DNA of 64,000 nucleotides from Escherichia phage slur07: the sequence record NC_028780.1, one strand, 5' to 3'. The position numbers were made by a program, and so were the translations under genes. Below the pieces are notes generated by a model. That model saw nothing but the letters and a program-made list of their open reading frames with translations, was not told the DNA's origin and did no database searches. Of the stretch, positions 17,790 through 27,005 are shown in pieces. The first letter of the stretch is position 1, and each line of letters begins with the position of its first letter.

Positions 17790-18416
17790 ATGTATGAATA
17801 CAAATTTGATGTGAGAGTTGGTTCTAAAATAATCAACTGTCGCGCATTTACTCTTAAAGAATATCTAGAACTTATTACTGCTAAAAAGAACGGTTCAGTA
17901 GAAGAGATCGTTAAAAAGCTAATCAAAGAATGCACAAATGCAAAAGATTTAAACCGCCAAGAATCAGAACTACTGCTGATTCATTTATGGGCACATTCTC
18001 TTGGAGAAGTTAATCACGAAAACTCCTGGAAGTGCACCTGTGGAACTGAAATACCAACCCATATAAATCTATTACATACACAAATAGATGCACCAGAAGA
18101 CCTCTGGTATACACTGGGTGACATTAAAATTAAGTTCCATTACCCTAAAATTTTTGATGATAAAAATATAGCCCACATGATAGTATCATGCATAGAAACG
18201 ATTCACGCTAACGGGGAAAGCATTCCAGTTGAAGACTTAAATGAAAAAGAACTGGAAGATTTATACTCTATCATCACAGAGTCAGATATTGTAGCTATAA
18301 AAGATATGCTTTTAAAGCCTACTGTTTATTTGGCTGTTCCAATTAAGTGTCCAGAGTGTGGAAAAACTCACGCTCATGTAATAAGAGGACTCAAAGAATT
18401 CTTTGAGCTATTGTAA
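17790..18416 (+). CDS. 26: baseplate hub subunit
   Basis: 208 aa, T4 gp26 size; CxxC pairs. Confidence 0.85.
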   Translation: MYEYKFDVRVGSKIINCRAFTLKEYLELITAKKNGSVEEIVKKLIKECTNAKDLNRQESELLLIHLWAHSLGEVNHENSWKCTCGTEIPTHINLLHTQIDAPEDLWYTLGDIKIKFHYPKIFDDKNIAHMIVSCIETIHANGESIPVEDLNEKELEDLYSIITESDIVAIKDMLLKPTVYLAVPIKCPECGKTHAHVIRGLKEFFELL

Positions 18417-18814
18417 TGGCAAATATTAATAAGCTTTATTCTGACATTGACCCAGAAATGAAAATGGATTGGGACAAAGACGTTTCTAGATCCCTTGGAT
18501 TAAGGTCAATTAAAAATAGCCTTTTGGGAATTATTACAACCAGAAAAGGGTCAAGGCCATTTGACCCAGAATTTGGATGCGATTTATCTGATCAGCTTTT
18601 TGAGAATATGACTCCTCTTACTGCTGATACTGTTGAGCGTAACATTGAAAGCGCAGTAAGAAACTACGAGCCACGTATTGATAAATTAGCAGTTAATGTA
18701 ATACCAGTTTATGATGATTATACTCTGATAGTAGAAATACGCTTTTCGGTCATCGATAATCCTGATGATATTGAGCAGATAAAACTGCAACTGGCTTCCA
18801 GTAATAGAGTATAA
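18416..18814 (+). CDS. 25: baseplate wedge subunit (sheath initiator)
   Basis: 132 aa, T4 gp25 size; start overlaps gene 26 stop. Confidence 0.88.
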   Translation: MANINKLYSDIDPEMKMDWDKDVSRSLGLRSIKNSLLGIITTRKGSRPFDPEFGCDLSDQLFENMTPLTADTVERNIESAVRNYEPRIDKLAVNVIPVYDDYTLIVEIRFSVIDNPDDIEQIKLQLASSNRV

Positions 18815-18880
18815 TGCTTCACGTATAAACGTGGTATAATGAATCTAAGTCCATCCAATAACAATTGAATAGAGAACAAT

Positions 18881-19294
18881 ATGAAATTAGAAGATCTTCA
18901 AGAAGAATTGAAGAAAGATGTGTTTATAGATTCGACTAAATTACAGTATGAAGCAGCTAATAATGTGATGTTATATAGTAAATGGCTTAATAAGCATTCA
19001 AGTATTAAAAAGGAAATGCTTAGAATTGATGCACAGAAAAAAGTTGCTCTTAAAGCTAAATTAGACTACTACTCGGGACGAGGAGATGGTGATGAATTTA
19101 GTATGGATCGTTACGAGAAATCAGAAATGAAGACAGTTCTATCGGCTGATAAGGATGTTTTAAAGGTTGATACCTCGTTGCAGTATTGGGGGATTTTATT
19201 GGATTTCTGTAGCGGAGCTCTTGATGCTATTAAATCACGTGGATTTGCTATTAAGCATATTCAAGACATGCGAGCATTTGAGGCTGGAAAATAA
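18881..19294 (+). CDS. uvsY: UvsY recombination mediator
   Basis: 137 aa, T4 UvsY size; synteny with gene 25 and uvsW. Confidence 0.88.
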   Translation: MKLEDLQEELKKDVFIDSTKLQYEAANNVMLYSKWLNKHSSIKKEMLRIDAQKKVALKAKLDYYSGRGDGDEFSMDRYEKSEMKTVLSADKDVLKVDTSLQYWGILLDFCSGALDAIKSRGFAIKHIQDMRAFEAGK

Positions 19295-19518
19295 TGAGAT
19301 ATAGCATTGATGATGCTTTTAATTATGAAGAAGAATTTGAAACTGAGATTCAATTCTTAATGAAAAAGTATAATCTTAAGCGTCAGGATATTCGTATCCT
19401 GGCCGACCACCCGTGTGGTGAAGATGTCCTTTATATTAAAGGAAAATTTGCTGGATATCTTGATGAATATTTTTATTCTAAAGATATGGGCATTGATATG
19501 CATATGAGAGTTGTATAA
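19294..19518 (+). CDS. hypothetical protein (74 aa, uvsY-downstream)
   Basis: ORF overlapping uvsY stop. Confidence 0.6.
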   Translation: MRYSIDDAFNYEEEFETEIQFLMKKYNLKRQDIRILADHPCGEDVLYIKGKFAGYLDEYFYSKDMGIDMHMRVV

Positions 19519-19546
19519 ATAGATATATAATTCAGAGGAGACAATC

Positions 19547-19714
19547 ATGTCAGATAAGATTTGTGTTGTCTGTAAAACTCCAATCGATTCTGCATTGGTT
19601 GTTGAAACAGACAAAGGTCCTGTACATCCTGGGCCTTGCTATAATTACATTAAAGAACTACCAGTTTCAGAAAGTTCGGAAGAACAATTAAATGAAACAC
19701 AACTTTTGCTATAG
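19547..19714 (+). CDS. small Cys-rich protein (55 aa; CxxC...C), not in supplied ORF track
   Basis: ATG 19547 with GAGGAG RBS and upstream TATAAATA (19514-19521); CVVC...GPC. Confidence 0.45.
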   Translation: MSDKICVVCKTPIDSALVVETDKGPVHPGPCYNYIKELPVSESSEEQLNETQLLL

Positions 19715-19738
19715 TGTGACCTTTAGTCTATAGTTTTG

Positions 19739-19766
19739 GCCCTTCCTTTTTGGTTGGGCCTTTTTT
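19739..19766. terminator. stem-loop plus T-run between convergent genes
   Basis: GGCCC...GGGCC inverted repeat followed by TTTTTT. Confidence 0.5.
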
Positions 19767-19769
19767 AAT

Positions 19770-20012
19770 TTAAAAGCTTTCTTCTACTTCATCGTCTGAA
19801 TCTTCTAATTCAGCTCTTTTTCCTGCCAAAGCATCTCTCACAGAGATGTCATCAGTATCTTTTAATTCAGTTTCTTTGACTCTTTTCTTATAATAAGCTT
19901 CAAGTTCTTCTAAACCTTCTAATGTTTGACAAGAGGCAATTTTACCCATAAATTCATCAATAGAAGCTTCATAAAGAAATTGTTTAAATTCTAGTAACAT
20001 CTTTTTCTCCAA
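19770..20012 (-). CDS. UvsW.1 small acidic protein
   Basis: 80 aa ORF immediately downstream of uvsW on the same strand. Confidence 0.65.
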   Translation of the reverse strand: MEKKMLLEFKQFLYEASIDEFMGKIASCQTLEGLEELEAYYKKRVKETELKDTDDISVRDALAGKRAELEDSDDEVEESF

Positions 20013-20025
20013 AGGGCCGAAGCCC

Positions 20026-21534
20026 TTATAAATTAACTGTTTTCATTACGTAATTAAATTTTTCATCTGCGTAGCGCTGAATACGATCAATGCCGTGTTT
20101 TAAAAGATAGTTCAAATGAACATATTTCTTTTTAGTATTAGCAGATTTTGGCTTAACACCACAATCATCTATGAGGTCCCAGACTATTGCTATTGTCTTA
20201 GAACCATGCTTACGTAATACACGACCGATTGTTTGTAATACAATGATTTTTGATTTAACACCGTGCGCTAAAACAACGTGATGCAGATTTTTAACTGAAA
20301 TACCAGTAGAAAATACACCATAACTAGCTACTATAATTATTCCTTTACCATTTTCAGCTAAGGTTTTCATTATATTGCGGGTTTCGGTATCAACTTCCCC
20401 TGATACGTAATAAACTTTATCGTATTCATTTTTAATTAAATCGAAAATAGCTTTACCATGTGATACATGTTTAAACATGACAAAAGCGTTTTCATCTTTT
20501 TGCGCAAGCTTAATAGCTAATTTAGCGATCCATTTATTTCTTTTACTAAGCCCAGTAATAATTTTTATTTCTTCTTGATAAGTTTTTCCCTTTAATTTAG
20601 TAGTGAACTCATCTGGATAGCGAAGAAAAATACTATTAATTTTTAGCTCAGTTACTTGTCCATCTTCCATTAATTTAGAAGTCGTTACTGGCTTAAATAT
20701 TTCACCAAACATTCCAACATACTGCATGATATTAGCTTTGCCATCACGTAATGAACCTGATAGACCAAATTTAAACATACAGTTATTTAATCCTGATATG
20801 ATAGATGAAATACTTTTTCCTGTAGCAAGATGGCATTCATCATTCATCATCATTCCAAACTGTGAGAACCATTCTTTTGGTTGTTTTACTACAGTTTGCC
20901 ATGTACCAACAACGACTGGTGCATCATTTTTATATTTATCATCTTTTGATGCTCCGCCACCAATTTTCTTTATCATTGCATGGCTGAATAAACGATAGTC
21001 AACGAAGTCATCAGCCATCTGAGTTGTCAGAGCAGTTGTTGGAACAATGATAAGAATTTTACCTTCATAATTTTCCAAATAATACCGAGCAAGCAAAGCT
21101 TGAATTAACGATTTACCAGCGGATGTTGGAAGATTAAGAATTCTACGACGATTAACTAATCCTTCGAACACTGCATCTTTTTGATACCAGTGTGGTTCAA
21201 TTCTTTTATTTCCTGAATAGATTTCTAATTTAGAAAGCCATTCATCAAAATCTTTTCTTGATAATTCTTCTTTTTCGTTAATTTGTGGGTCAATCCAGGC
21301 TTTATAGCCAAAGTTATCACAGAACTTTTTAATTTGCCCGACTAAGCCGAATGGAAGAAGACGATTATAATCTAAAAGACGGATTCGTCCATCCCAGTTG
21401 CCATATCTGAAGCGAGGGTTAAATCTATATCCATCGGCCTCAAACGAAAAGAAATCTCTTAATTCGTGGAACGTGCTCTCTTCACAATCGATGCGTACAT
21501 GACTGAAGTCGTGAAAATGTACTTTAATATCCAT
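20026..21534 (-). CDS. uvsW: UvsW SF2 DNA helicase
   Basis: 502 aa; Walker A-like LPTSAGKS, DECH box, helicase C motifs. Confidence 0.92.
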   Translation of the reverse strand: MDIKVHFHDFSHVRIDCEESTFHELRDFFSFEADGYRFNPRFRYGNWDGRIRLLDYNRLLPFGLVGQIKKFCDNFGYKAWIDPQINEKEELSRKDFDEWLSKLEIYSGNKRIEPHWYQKDAVFEGLVNRRRILNLPTSAGKSLIQALLARYYLENYEGKILIIVPTTALTTQMADDFVDYRLFSHAMIKKIGGGASKDDKYKNDAPVVVGTWQTVVKQPKEWFSQFGMMMNDECHLATGKSISSIISGLNNCMFKFGLSGSLRDGKANIMQYVGMFGEIFKPVTTSKLMEDGQVTELKINSIFLRYPDEFTTKLKGKTYQEEIKIITGLSKRNKWIAKLAIKLAQKDENAFVMFKHVSHGKAIFDLIKNEYDKVYYVSGEVDTETRNIMKTLAENGKGIIIVASYGVFSTGISVKNLHHVVLAHGVKSKIIVLQTIGRVLRKHGSKTIAIVWDLIDDCGVKPKSANTKKKYVHLNYLLKHGIDRIQRYADEKFNYVMKTVNL

Positions 21535-21536
21535 AA

Positions 21537-22154
21537 TTATGCCTTACTAAATTTGCCTTTAGAATCTCTTTTCATGAGACGACCTTTAATAAATCCGTCG
21601 GGAATAATACCGTCTGGTTGTATTAATTTATTTATTGCACCATTATTGACCCAAAAAGTTCCTGTGGTAGTCGGTTTGACTTTACATCCTTTTCTGGACT
21701 TTCTATTAGGATGAACCATCCCTTTTACAAATCCTTCTGGAACAAGTTCTCCAGGTTTAATAAAAATATTTTTAGTTCCATTAGTGTAACAAGTTGTACC
21801 TAATACCGTGCCCGGTGAGTTTTCAAATCTCTTAGCGGAAGATTCTTTCATCTTTGCTATAACCTCTGTAGTCATAACAATTCCACCAATTCCACCAGGT
21901 TTCATATTATAATAATTTTTGCTTTTTATTATTTCAGGAGTTATAATTTCTTCTTCATACATGTACGCTTCTTCGGAAGTTTTAAACTCTTTTAGTATTG
22001 TTCTAGAGAAATTGTTTTCACCATATTTCTTTATAGCCTGCTGAATTGCCTTACCGGAACCAAGGTAACCATCATTCAAGTCATCAGTAGAGTGTTTTCC
22101 TATATACTTTTTACCATTTATTAGATTTGTTGTTTCATATACAAAGTGGTACAT
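21537..22154 (-). CDS. segE: GIY-YIG homing endonuclease
   Basis: 205 aa; N-terminal YHFVYETTN...KYIGKHS GIY-YIG module; adjacent to uvsW as in T4. Confidence 0.85.
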   Translation of the reverse strand: MYHFVYETTNLINGKKYIGKHSTDDLNDGYLGSGKAIQQAIKKYGENNFSRTILKEFKTSEEAYMYEEEIITPEIIKSKNYYNMKPGGIGGIVMTTEVIAKMKESSAKRFENSPGTVLGTTCYTNGTKNIFIKPGELVPEGFVKGMVHPNRKSRKGCKVKPTTTGTFWVNNGAINKLIQPDGIIPDGFIKGRLMKRDSKGKFSKA

Positions 22155-22203
22155 ACTATTTTCCGAGTAATAAATATATCTATATTTATACTGAGGAAAT
22201 ATT

Positions 22204-22884
22204 ATGATAGATAAAGATTATATTGCAGAGCTGAAGGCTCTTGATGATAATAAAGAAGCTAAAGCTAAACTAGCTGAATATGCTGAACAGTTTGGTATAA
22301 AGGTCAAAAAGAATAAATCTTTTGATAATATCGTTGTTGATATTGAAGAAGCCCTCCAGAAGCTCGCTAGTGAACCTATGCCAGAGACTGATGGGTTATC
22401 TATTAAAGACTTAATTGATGCTGCTGATGCCGCAGAGGGATTAAAATATGACGATGAAGAAGTCAATCCAGAAGCAGCACTTCTGATTGATTCTCCAGTT
22501 AAATCTGACATTAAAATTGAAGTAGTAGAAACGGATAAAATTCCTGAAAATACCGATGTTTTGATTGAAGATACTCCTTTTGTTGAAGAAAAATTCGAAC
22601 AAGCTGTAGCTGAGATTATTGAATCTGAAAAGCCGTCTGTATTTACTCTTCCGGAAAACTTTAGCCCGAATCTTCAGTTGATTGGAAAAAATCCAGGATT
22701 CTGCACTGTTCCTTGGTGGATTTATCAATGGATTGCTGAAACTCCGGATTGGAAATCTCACCCAACAAGTTTTGAGCATGCGTCAGCACACCAAACTTTA
22801 TTTAGCTTAATTTATTACATTAACCGTGACGGATCAGTTTTAATTCGTGAAACACGCAATTCTTCTTTCGTAACATTAAAATAA
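22204..22884 (+). CDS. inh: inhibitor of prohead protease
   Basis: 226 aa acidic protein directly upstream of hoc. Confidence 0.75.
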   Translation: MIDKDYIAELKALDDNKEAKAKLAEYAEQFGIKVKKNKSFDNIVVDIEEALQKLASEPMPETDGLSIKDLIDAADAAEGLKYDDEEVNPEAALLIDSPVKSDIKIEVVETDKIPENTDVLIEDTPFVEEKFEQAVAEIIESEKPSVFTLPENFSPNLQLIGKNPGFCTVPWWIYQWIAETPDWKSHPTSFEHASAHQTLFSLIYYINRDGSVLIRETRNSSFVTLK

Positions 22885-22893
22885 GGATAACTT

Positions 22894-24024
22894 ATGGCTT
22901 TTACAGTTGATATAACTCCTAAAACACCTACTGGAGTTATAGATCAGACTCAGCAGTTTACTGCTACACCCAGTGGTCAAACTGGAGATGGACCTATTAC
23001 ATATGCTTGGACTGTTGATGATGCACCACAGGAAGAAACGTCAGCAACTTTTAGTTATGTACTAAAAGGACCTGCCGGTCAAAAAACTATTAAAGTAGTT
23101 GCAACCAATCAAGTTGCCGATAGTAGTCCCGAAACAGCTGAAATTAGTACAACTATCACAGTTCAAAATAAGACACAAACAACTACCTTGGCAATAACTC
23201 CTGGTAGCCCTGATGCTGGAGTAATCGGAACAGCTGTTGAATTTACCGCTGCTTTAGATTCACAGCCACCAAGTGTATCTGCTACGTATCAGTGGTATGT
23301 AGATGATTCTCCTGTTAGTGAAGCAACTTCCGCTACATTTAGCTATACTCCAACTACAAGTGGAGTAAAAAGAATTAAATGCGTAGCCCAAGTAACAGCG
23401 ACAGATTATGATGCAAAGGAAGTTACTTCTAATGAAGTGTCATTGACAGTTAATAAGAAAACAATGAATCCACAGGTTACATTGACTCCTCCTTCTATTA
23501 ACGTCCAGCAAGATGCTTCGGCTACATTTACGGCTAATGTTACGGATGCTCCAGAAGAAGCACAAATCGAATATTCATGGAAGAAAGATTCTTCTCCTGT
23601 AGAAGGGTCAACTAATGTATACACCGTTGATACATCATCTATTGGAAGTCAAACCATTGAAGTTACTGCAACTGTTACCGCCGCTGATTATGATAGCAAA
23701 ACTATTACAGCAGAAGGCCAAGTTCAAGTGACTGATAAAGTTGCTCCGGAACCAGAAGGTGAATTACCTTATGTTCATCCTCTTCCACATCGTACTTCAG
23801 CTTATATCTGGTGCGGTTGGTGGGTTATGGATGAAATCCAAAAAATGACTGAAGAAGGTAAAGATTGGAAAACTGACGACCCAGATAGTAAGTACTACTT
23901 GCATCGTTACACTCTTCAGAAGATGATGAAAGACTATCCAGAAGTTGATGTTCAAGAATCACGTAATGGATACATCATTCACAAAACTGCTTTAGAAACT
24001 GGTATCATCTATACCTATCCATAA
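22894..24024 (+). CDS. hoc: Hoc, highly immunogenic outer capsid protein (Ig-like repeats)
   Basis: 376 aa; three repeated Thr/Val-rich Ig-like modules plus C-terminal capsid-binding domain. Confidence 0.9.
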   Translation: MAFTVDITPKTPTGVIDQTQQFTATPSGQTGDGPITYAWTVDDAPQEETSATFSYVLKGPAGQKTIKVVATNQVADSSPETAEISTTITVQNKTQTTTLAITPGSPDAGVIGTAVEFTAALDSQPPSVSATYQWYVDDSPVSEATSATFSYTPTTSGVKRIKCVAQVTATDYDAKEVTSNEVSLTVNKKTMNPQVTLTPPSINVQQDASATFTANVTDAPEEAQIEYSWKKDSSPVEGSTNVYTVDTSSIGSQTIEVTATVTAADYDSKTITAEGQVQVTDKVAPEPEGELPYVHPLPHRTSAYIWCGWWVMDEIQKMTEEGKDWKTDDPDSKYYLHRYTLQKMMKDYPEVDVQESRNGYIIHKTALETGIIYTYP

Positions 24025-24030
24025 TCGTAA

Positions 24031-24056
24031 GGGGCTTCGGCCCCCTTTCTTCATTT
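24031..24056 (+). terminator. terminator hairpin (GGGGC-TTCG-GCCCC) after hoc
   Basis: GC stem and T-rich tail. Confidence 0.5.
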
Positions 24057-24114
24057 TGAAAGCACGCAAAACACAATCAGAAAATGATGTATATAATGGC
24101 ACCAACTCGATAAC

Positions 24115-24330
24115 ATGAGATTGATTATGAGAACTGAGGTTGTGGTGTTTACTCTTCATGAGTCTGGAAAGTCATTCATTGAAATTGCTCGTGAATTGAA
24201 CTTACAGGCAAAAGAAGTGGCTGTATTATGGGCTCGAGCTATGACTGCTAAAAATAAATTTGAAACTCGAGAAAAAGTTGTCTATAGAAAAAGACATATC
24301 AATAAAAAGGTGAAAAATGGAACAGTATGA
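24115..24330 (+). CDS. small putative HTH DNA-binding protein (71 aa)
   Basis: ESGKSFIEIARELNLQAKEVAVLWARA resembles a helix-turn-helix; basic C-terminus. Confidence 0.5.
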   Translation: MRLIMRTEVVVFTLHESGKSFIEIARELNLQAKEVAVLWARAMTAKNKFETREKVVYRKRHINKKVKNGTV

Positions 24331-24595
24331 TCTTTATGAAAATGAATCTTTTGCTAATCAATTACGCGAAAAAGCATTCAAAAGTAAACAGTTTAATCTA
24401 GAGTGTTTTATTAAAGATTTTTCTGAACTTGCTAATAAAGCAGCTGAACAAGGTAAAACACATTTTAATTATTATTGTATTGCTCGTGATAAATTGATTA
24501 CTGAAGAAATTGGTGATTGGCTGAGAAAAGAAGGATTTAGCTTTAAAGTCAATAGTGATCAGCGTGATGGTGATTGGTTAGAAATTACATTTTGA
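24317..24595 (+). CDS. hypothetical protein (92 aa)
   Basis: ORF overlapping previous gene end. Confidence 0.5.
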   Translation: MEQYDLYENESFANQLREKAFKSKQFNLECFIKDFSELANKAAEQGKTHFNYYCIARDKLITEEIGDWLRKEGFSFKVNSDQRDGDWLEITF

Positions 24596-24604
24596 GGATT
24601 AATT

Positions 24605-25609
24605 ATGTTTAAAAAGTATAGCAGTCTTGAAAATCATTACAACTCTAAATTTATTGAAAAACTTTACAGTTTAGGATTGACTGGCGGCGAATGGGTAGCT
24701 CGTGAAAAGATTCATGGTACAAATTTCTCGTTGATTATTGAGCGTGATAAAGTAACTTGTGCTAAACGTACTGGACCGATTCTTCCTGCTGAAGATTTCT
24801 TTGGGTATGAAATTATTTTGAAGAATTACGCTGATTCCATTAAAGCAGTACAAGATATTATGGAAACCTCAGCGGTTGTATCTTATCAAGTCTTTGGCGA
24901 ATTCGCTGGACCTGGCATTCAGAAGAATGTTGATTATGGCGATAAAGATTTTTATGTATTTGACATTATTGTTACTACAGAAAGTGGTGATGTGACTTAT
25001 GTCGATGATTATATGATGGAATCATTCTGTAATACGTTTAAATTTAAAATGGCTCCACTTTTAGGTCGCGGTAAATTTGAAGAACTTATTAAATTGCCAA
25101 ATGATTTAGATTCTGTCGTCCAAGATTATAATTTTACAGTAGACCATGCTGGATTAGTTGATGCAAATAAATGCGTTTGGAATGCCGAAGCAAAAGGCGA
25201 AGTATTTACCGCTGAAGGATATGTATTGAAACCTTGTTATCCTTCTTGGCTGCCTAATCGCAATCGTGTAGCGATTAAATGCAAGAATTCCAAATTTAGT
25301 GAAAAGAAAAAGTCTGATAAGCCTATTAAAGCTAAAGTTGAACTATCAGAAGCTGATAACAAATTGGTGGGAATTTTAGCTTGTTACGTTACACTGAACC
25401 GGGTAAATAACGTTATTTCTAAAATTGGCGAAATTGGTCCAAAGGATTTTGGAAAGGTGATGGGGCTAACTGTTCAAGATATTTTGGAAGAAACTTCTCG
25501 TGAAGGTATTACTTTAACTCAAGCAGATAATCCTTCTTTGATTAAAAAGGAATTAGTTAAAATGGTGCAAGATGTACTTCGTCCAGCTTGGATTGAGTTG
25601 GTGAGCTAA
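24605..25609 (+). CDS. rnlB: RNA ligase 2
   Basis: 334 aa; KIHGTN nucleotidyltransferase lysine motif; T4 Rnl2 size. Confidence 0.88.
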   Translation: MFKKYSSLENHYNSKFIEKLYSLGLTGGEWVAREKIHGTNFSLIIERDKVTCAKRTGPILPAEDFFGYEIILKNYADSIKAVQDIMETSAVVSYQVFGEFAGPGIQKNVDYGDKDFYVFDIIVTTESGDVTYVDDYMMESFCNTFKFKMAPLLGRGKFEELIKLPNDLDSVVQDYNFTVDHAGLVDANKCVWNAEAKGEVFTAEGYVLKPCYPSWLPNRNRVAIKCKNSKFSEKKKSDKPIKAKVELSEADNKLVGILACYVTLNRVNNVISKIGEIGPKDFGKVMGLTVQDILEETSREGITLTQADNPSLIKKELVKMVQDVLRPAWIELVS

Positions 25610-25611
25610 AT

Positions 25612-25640
25612 AAAAAGGGACCGAAAGGTCCCTTTGTTTT
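25612..25640. terminator. bidirectional terminator (GGGACC-GAAA-GGTCCC) between rnlB and gene 24
   Basis: Perfect hairpin flanked by A-run and T-run. Confidence 0.7.
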
Positions 25641-26922
25641 ATTCATCAACGATAATTTTTGGTAGCTTAACACCTAATAAAACAGACAAATCTGAACGAC
25701 CCGCCATTTTATCCATGTCTCCACCATCAATTACTCTTGCTTCTTTTTCATCTTTTGCTACGGTGTAAGGATTTGCTGATAAAGCATATCTAACTAATAA
25801 ACCGATAGATGGCTGCAAACTTTCTGGGTCAACTACAACTTTAAATGCACCTACATGTTCAGGGTCATCTAAGTCGAGACCTTCTGTATACGGAGCATAG
25901 AAAATTGAACCAACAATTTCTTTTTCACCGATATTTTCTACTACCCCCACGATTACATAGTCTAATGGGCTGTTAGTATCGCAATAAAGCGGTAAACCAT
26001 TAGCTAAGAACCCGTAGGCATTTTGTGAAAGATATTTATCATCTTCCGGTTTATGTTTTAACCAACCTGATGCAGCAAGAATCGCAGCAGCACGAGCTGA
26101 AGCTACACAAAATGTTGCTGTATAAGTTGATTCTTTTTGGATATGTGAAACCATTTCACATACCATTCGATATAATGAACGACCAGCTTCAGGTGCAGAT
26201 GCATAACTCAAATCGATGAATCCATTATCAGTAATTCCTGTAACTTTATAGCGTTTTGACACTGTAATCAAAGACTGCAGAATATCTTTATTGATTTCAT
26301 CTGCCATTTCAGTTGCAAGCAAATCTTCCAAGAAATTAGGAGCATCGAATCCATTTGCTTCTAAATCTTGCGCTAATTCAACTGTGATGCCAGTTTTAAG
26401 TTTACGAGATTTAACTGCGGTTTGCCATTTATTAATCTGGAATCTAGCATCCGCAATTTCACTATCAGAGCTTTCAAATTTGCTTGTTGACGCTGCGTCA
26501 GAAAATAGACGAACCTTTAAAAGAACAATTGCAATCTGAAGAGCTAACTCTAAGTCGCTTTCTTCAATATCAGCAAATGGAGTATCTTCTAATACTTTAT
26601 AAACGATATTATTATATTTGAATAAATCGCCTTTATTGAGAGTTAATTTAGACTCTTCTGTTAATTCTGTGATTTGTTCTCGGTCTACATATCCAGCTTC
26701 GCCAGCGTAAGTAGCACCAGTTTTAAATGTAAATTCATTGTCTGGGTTAAGGTATTTGATACCATAAAAAGCAGCAACAGGTTGATTAGTTCTTTGCGTT
26801 GCTACAATGTCAGAATATATTAATTTAGTGGTAGCGCGAGTCAAAGCAACGAGATTTGGGCGACCGATTGAGTTGCTATTCGTTGTGGTTGATTCGCGCA
26901 GAAGTTCGTTGATTTTAGCCAT
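25639..26922 (-). CDS. 24: head vertex protein
   Basis: 427 aa, T4 gp24 size; paralogous to major capsid protein. Confidence 0.9.
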   Translation of the reverse strand: MAKINELLRESTTTNSNSIGRPNLVALTRATTKLIYSDIVATQRTNQPVAAFYGIKYLNPDNEFTFKTGATYAGEAGYVDREQITELTEESKLTLNKGDLFKYNNIVYKVLEDTPFADIEESDLELALQIAIVLLKVRLFSDAASTSKFESSDSEIADARFQINKWQTAVKSRKLKTGITVELAQDLEANGFDAPNFLEDLLATEMADEINKDILQSLITVSKRYKVTGITDNGFIDLSYASAPEAGRSLYRMVCEMVSHIQKESTYTATFCVASARAAAILAASGWLKHKPEDDKYLSQNAYGFLANGLPLYCDTNSPLDYVIVGVVENIGEKEIVGSIFYAPYTEGLDLDDPEHVGAFKVVVDPESLQPSIGLLVRYALSANPYTVAKDEKEARVIDGGDMDKMAGRSDLSVLLGVKLPKIIVDE

Positions 26923-26949
26923 TGCGCTTTCCTTTCAGTTTATATGATT

Positions 26950-26957
26950 TATTTATA
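26950..26957 (-). promoter_or_regulatory. late promoter (TATAAATA on minus strand) for gene 24
   Basis: TATTTATA on + strand just upstream of the gene 24 start. Confidence 0.55.
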
Positions 26958-27005
26958 CCATAAAAACAACTAAAGGGACCCGAAGGTCCCTTAAATCGTC
27001 AAAGA

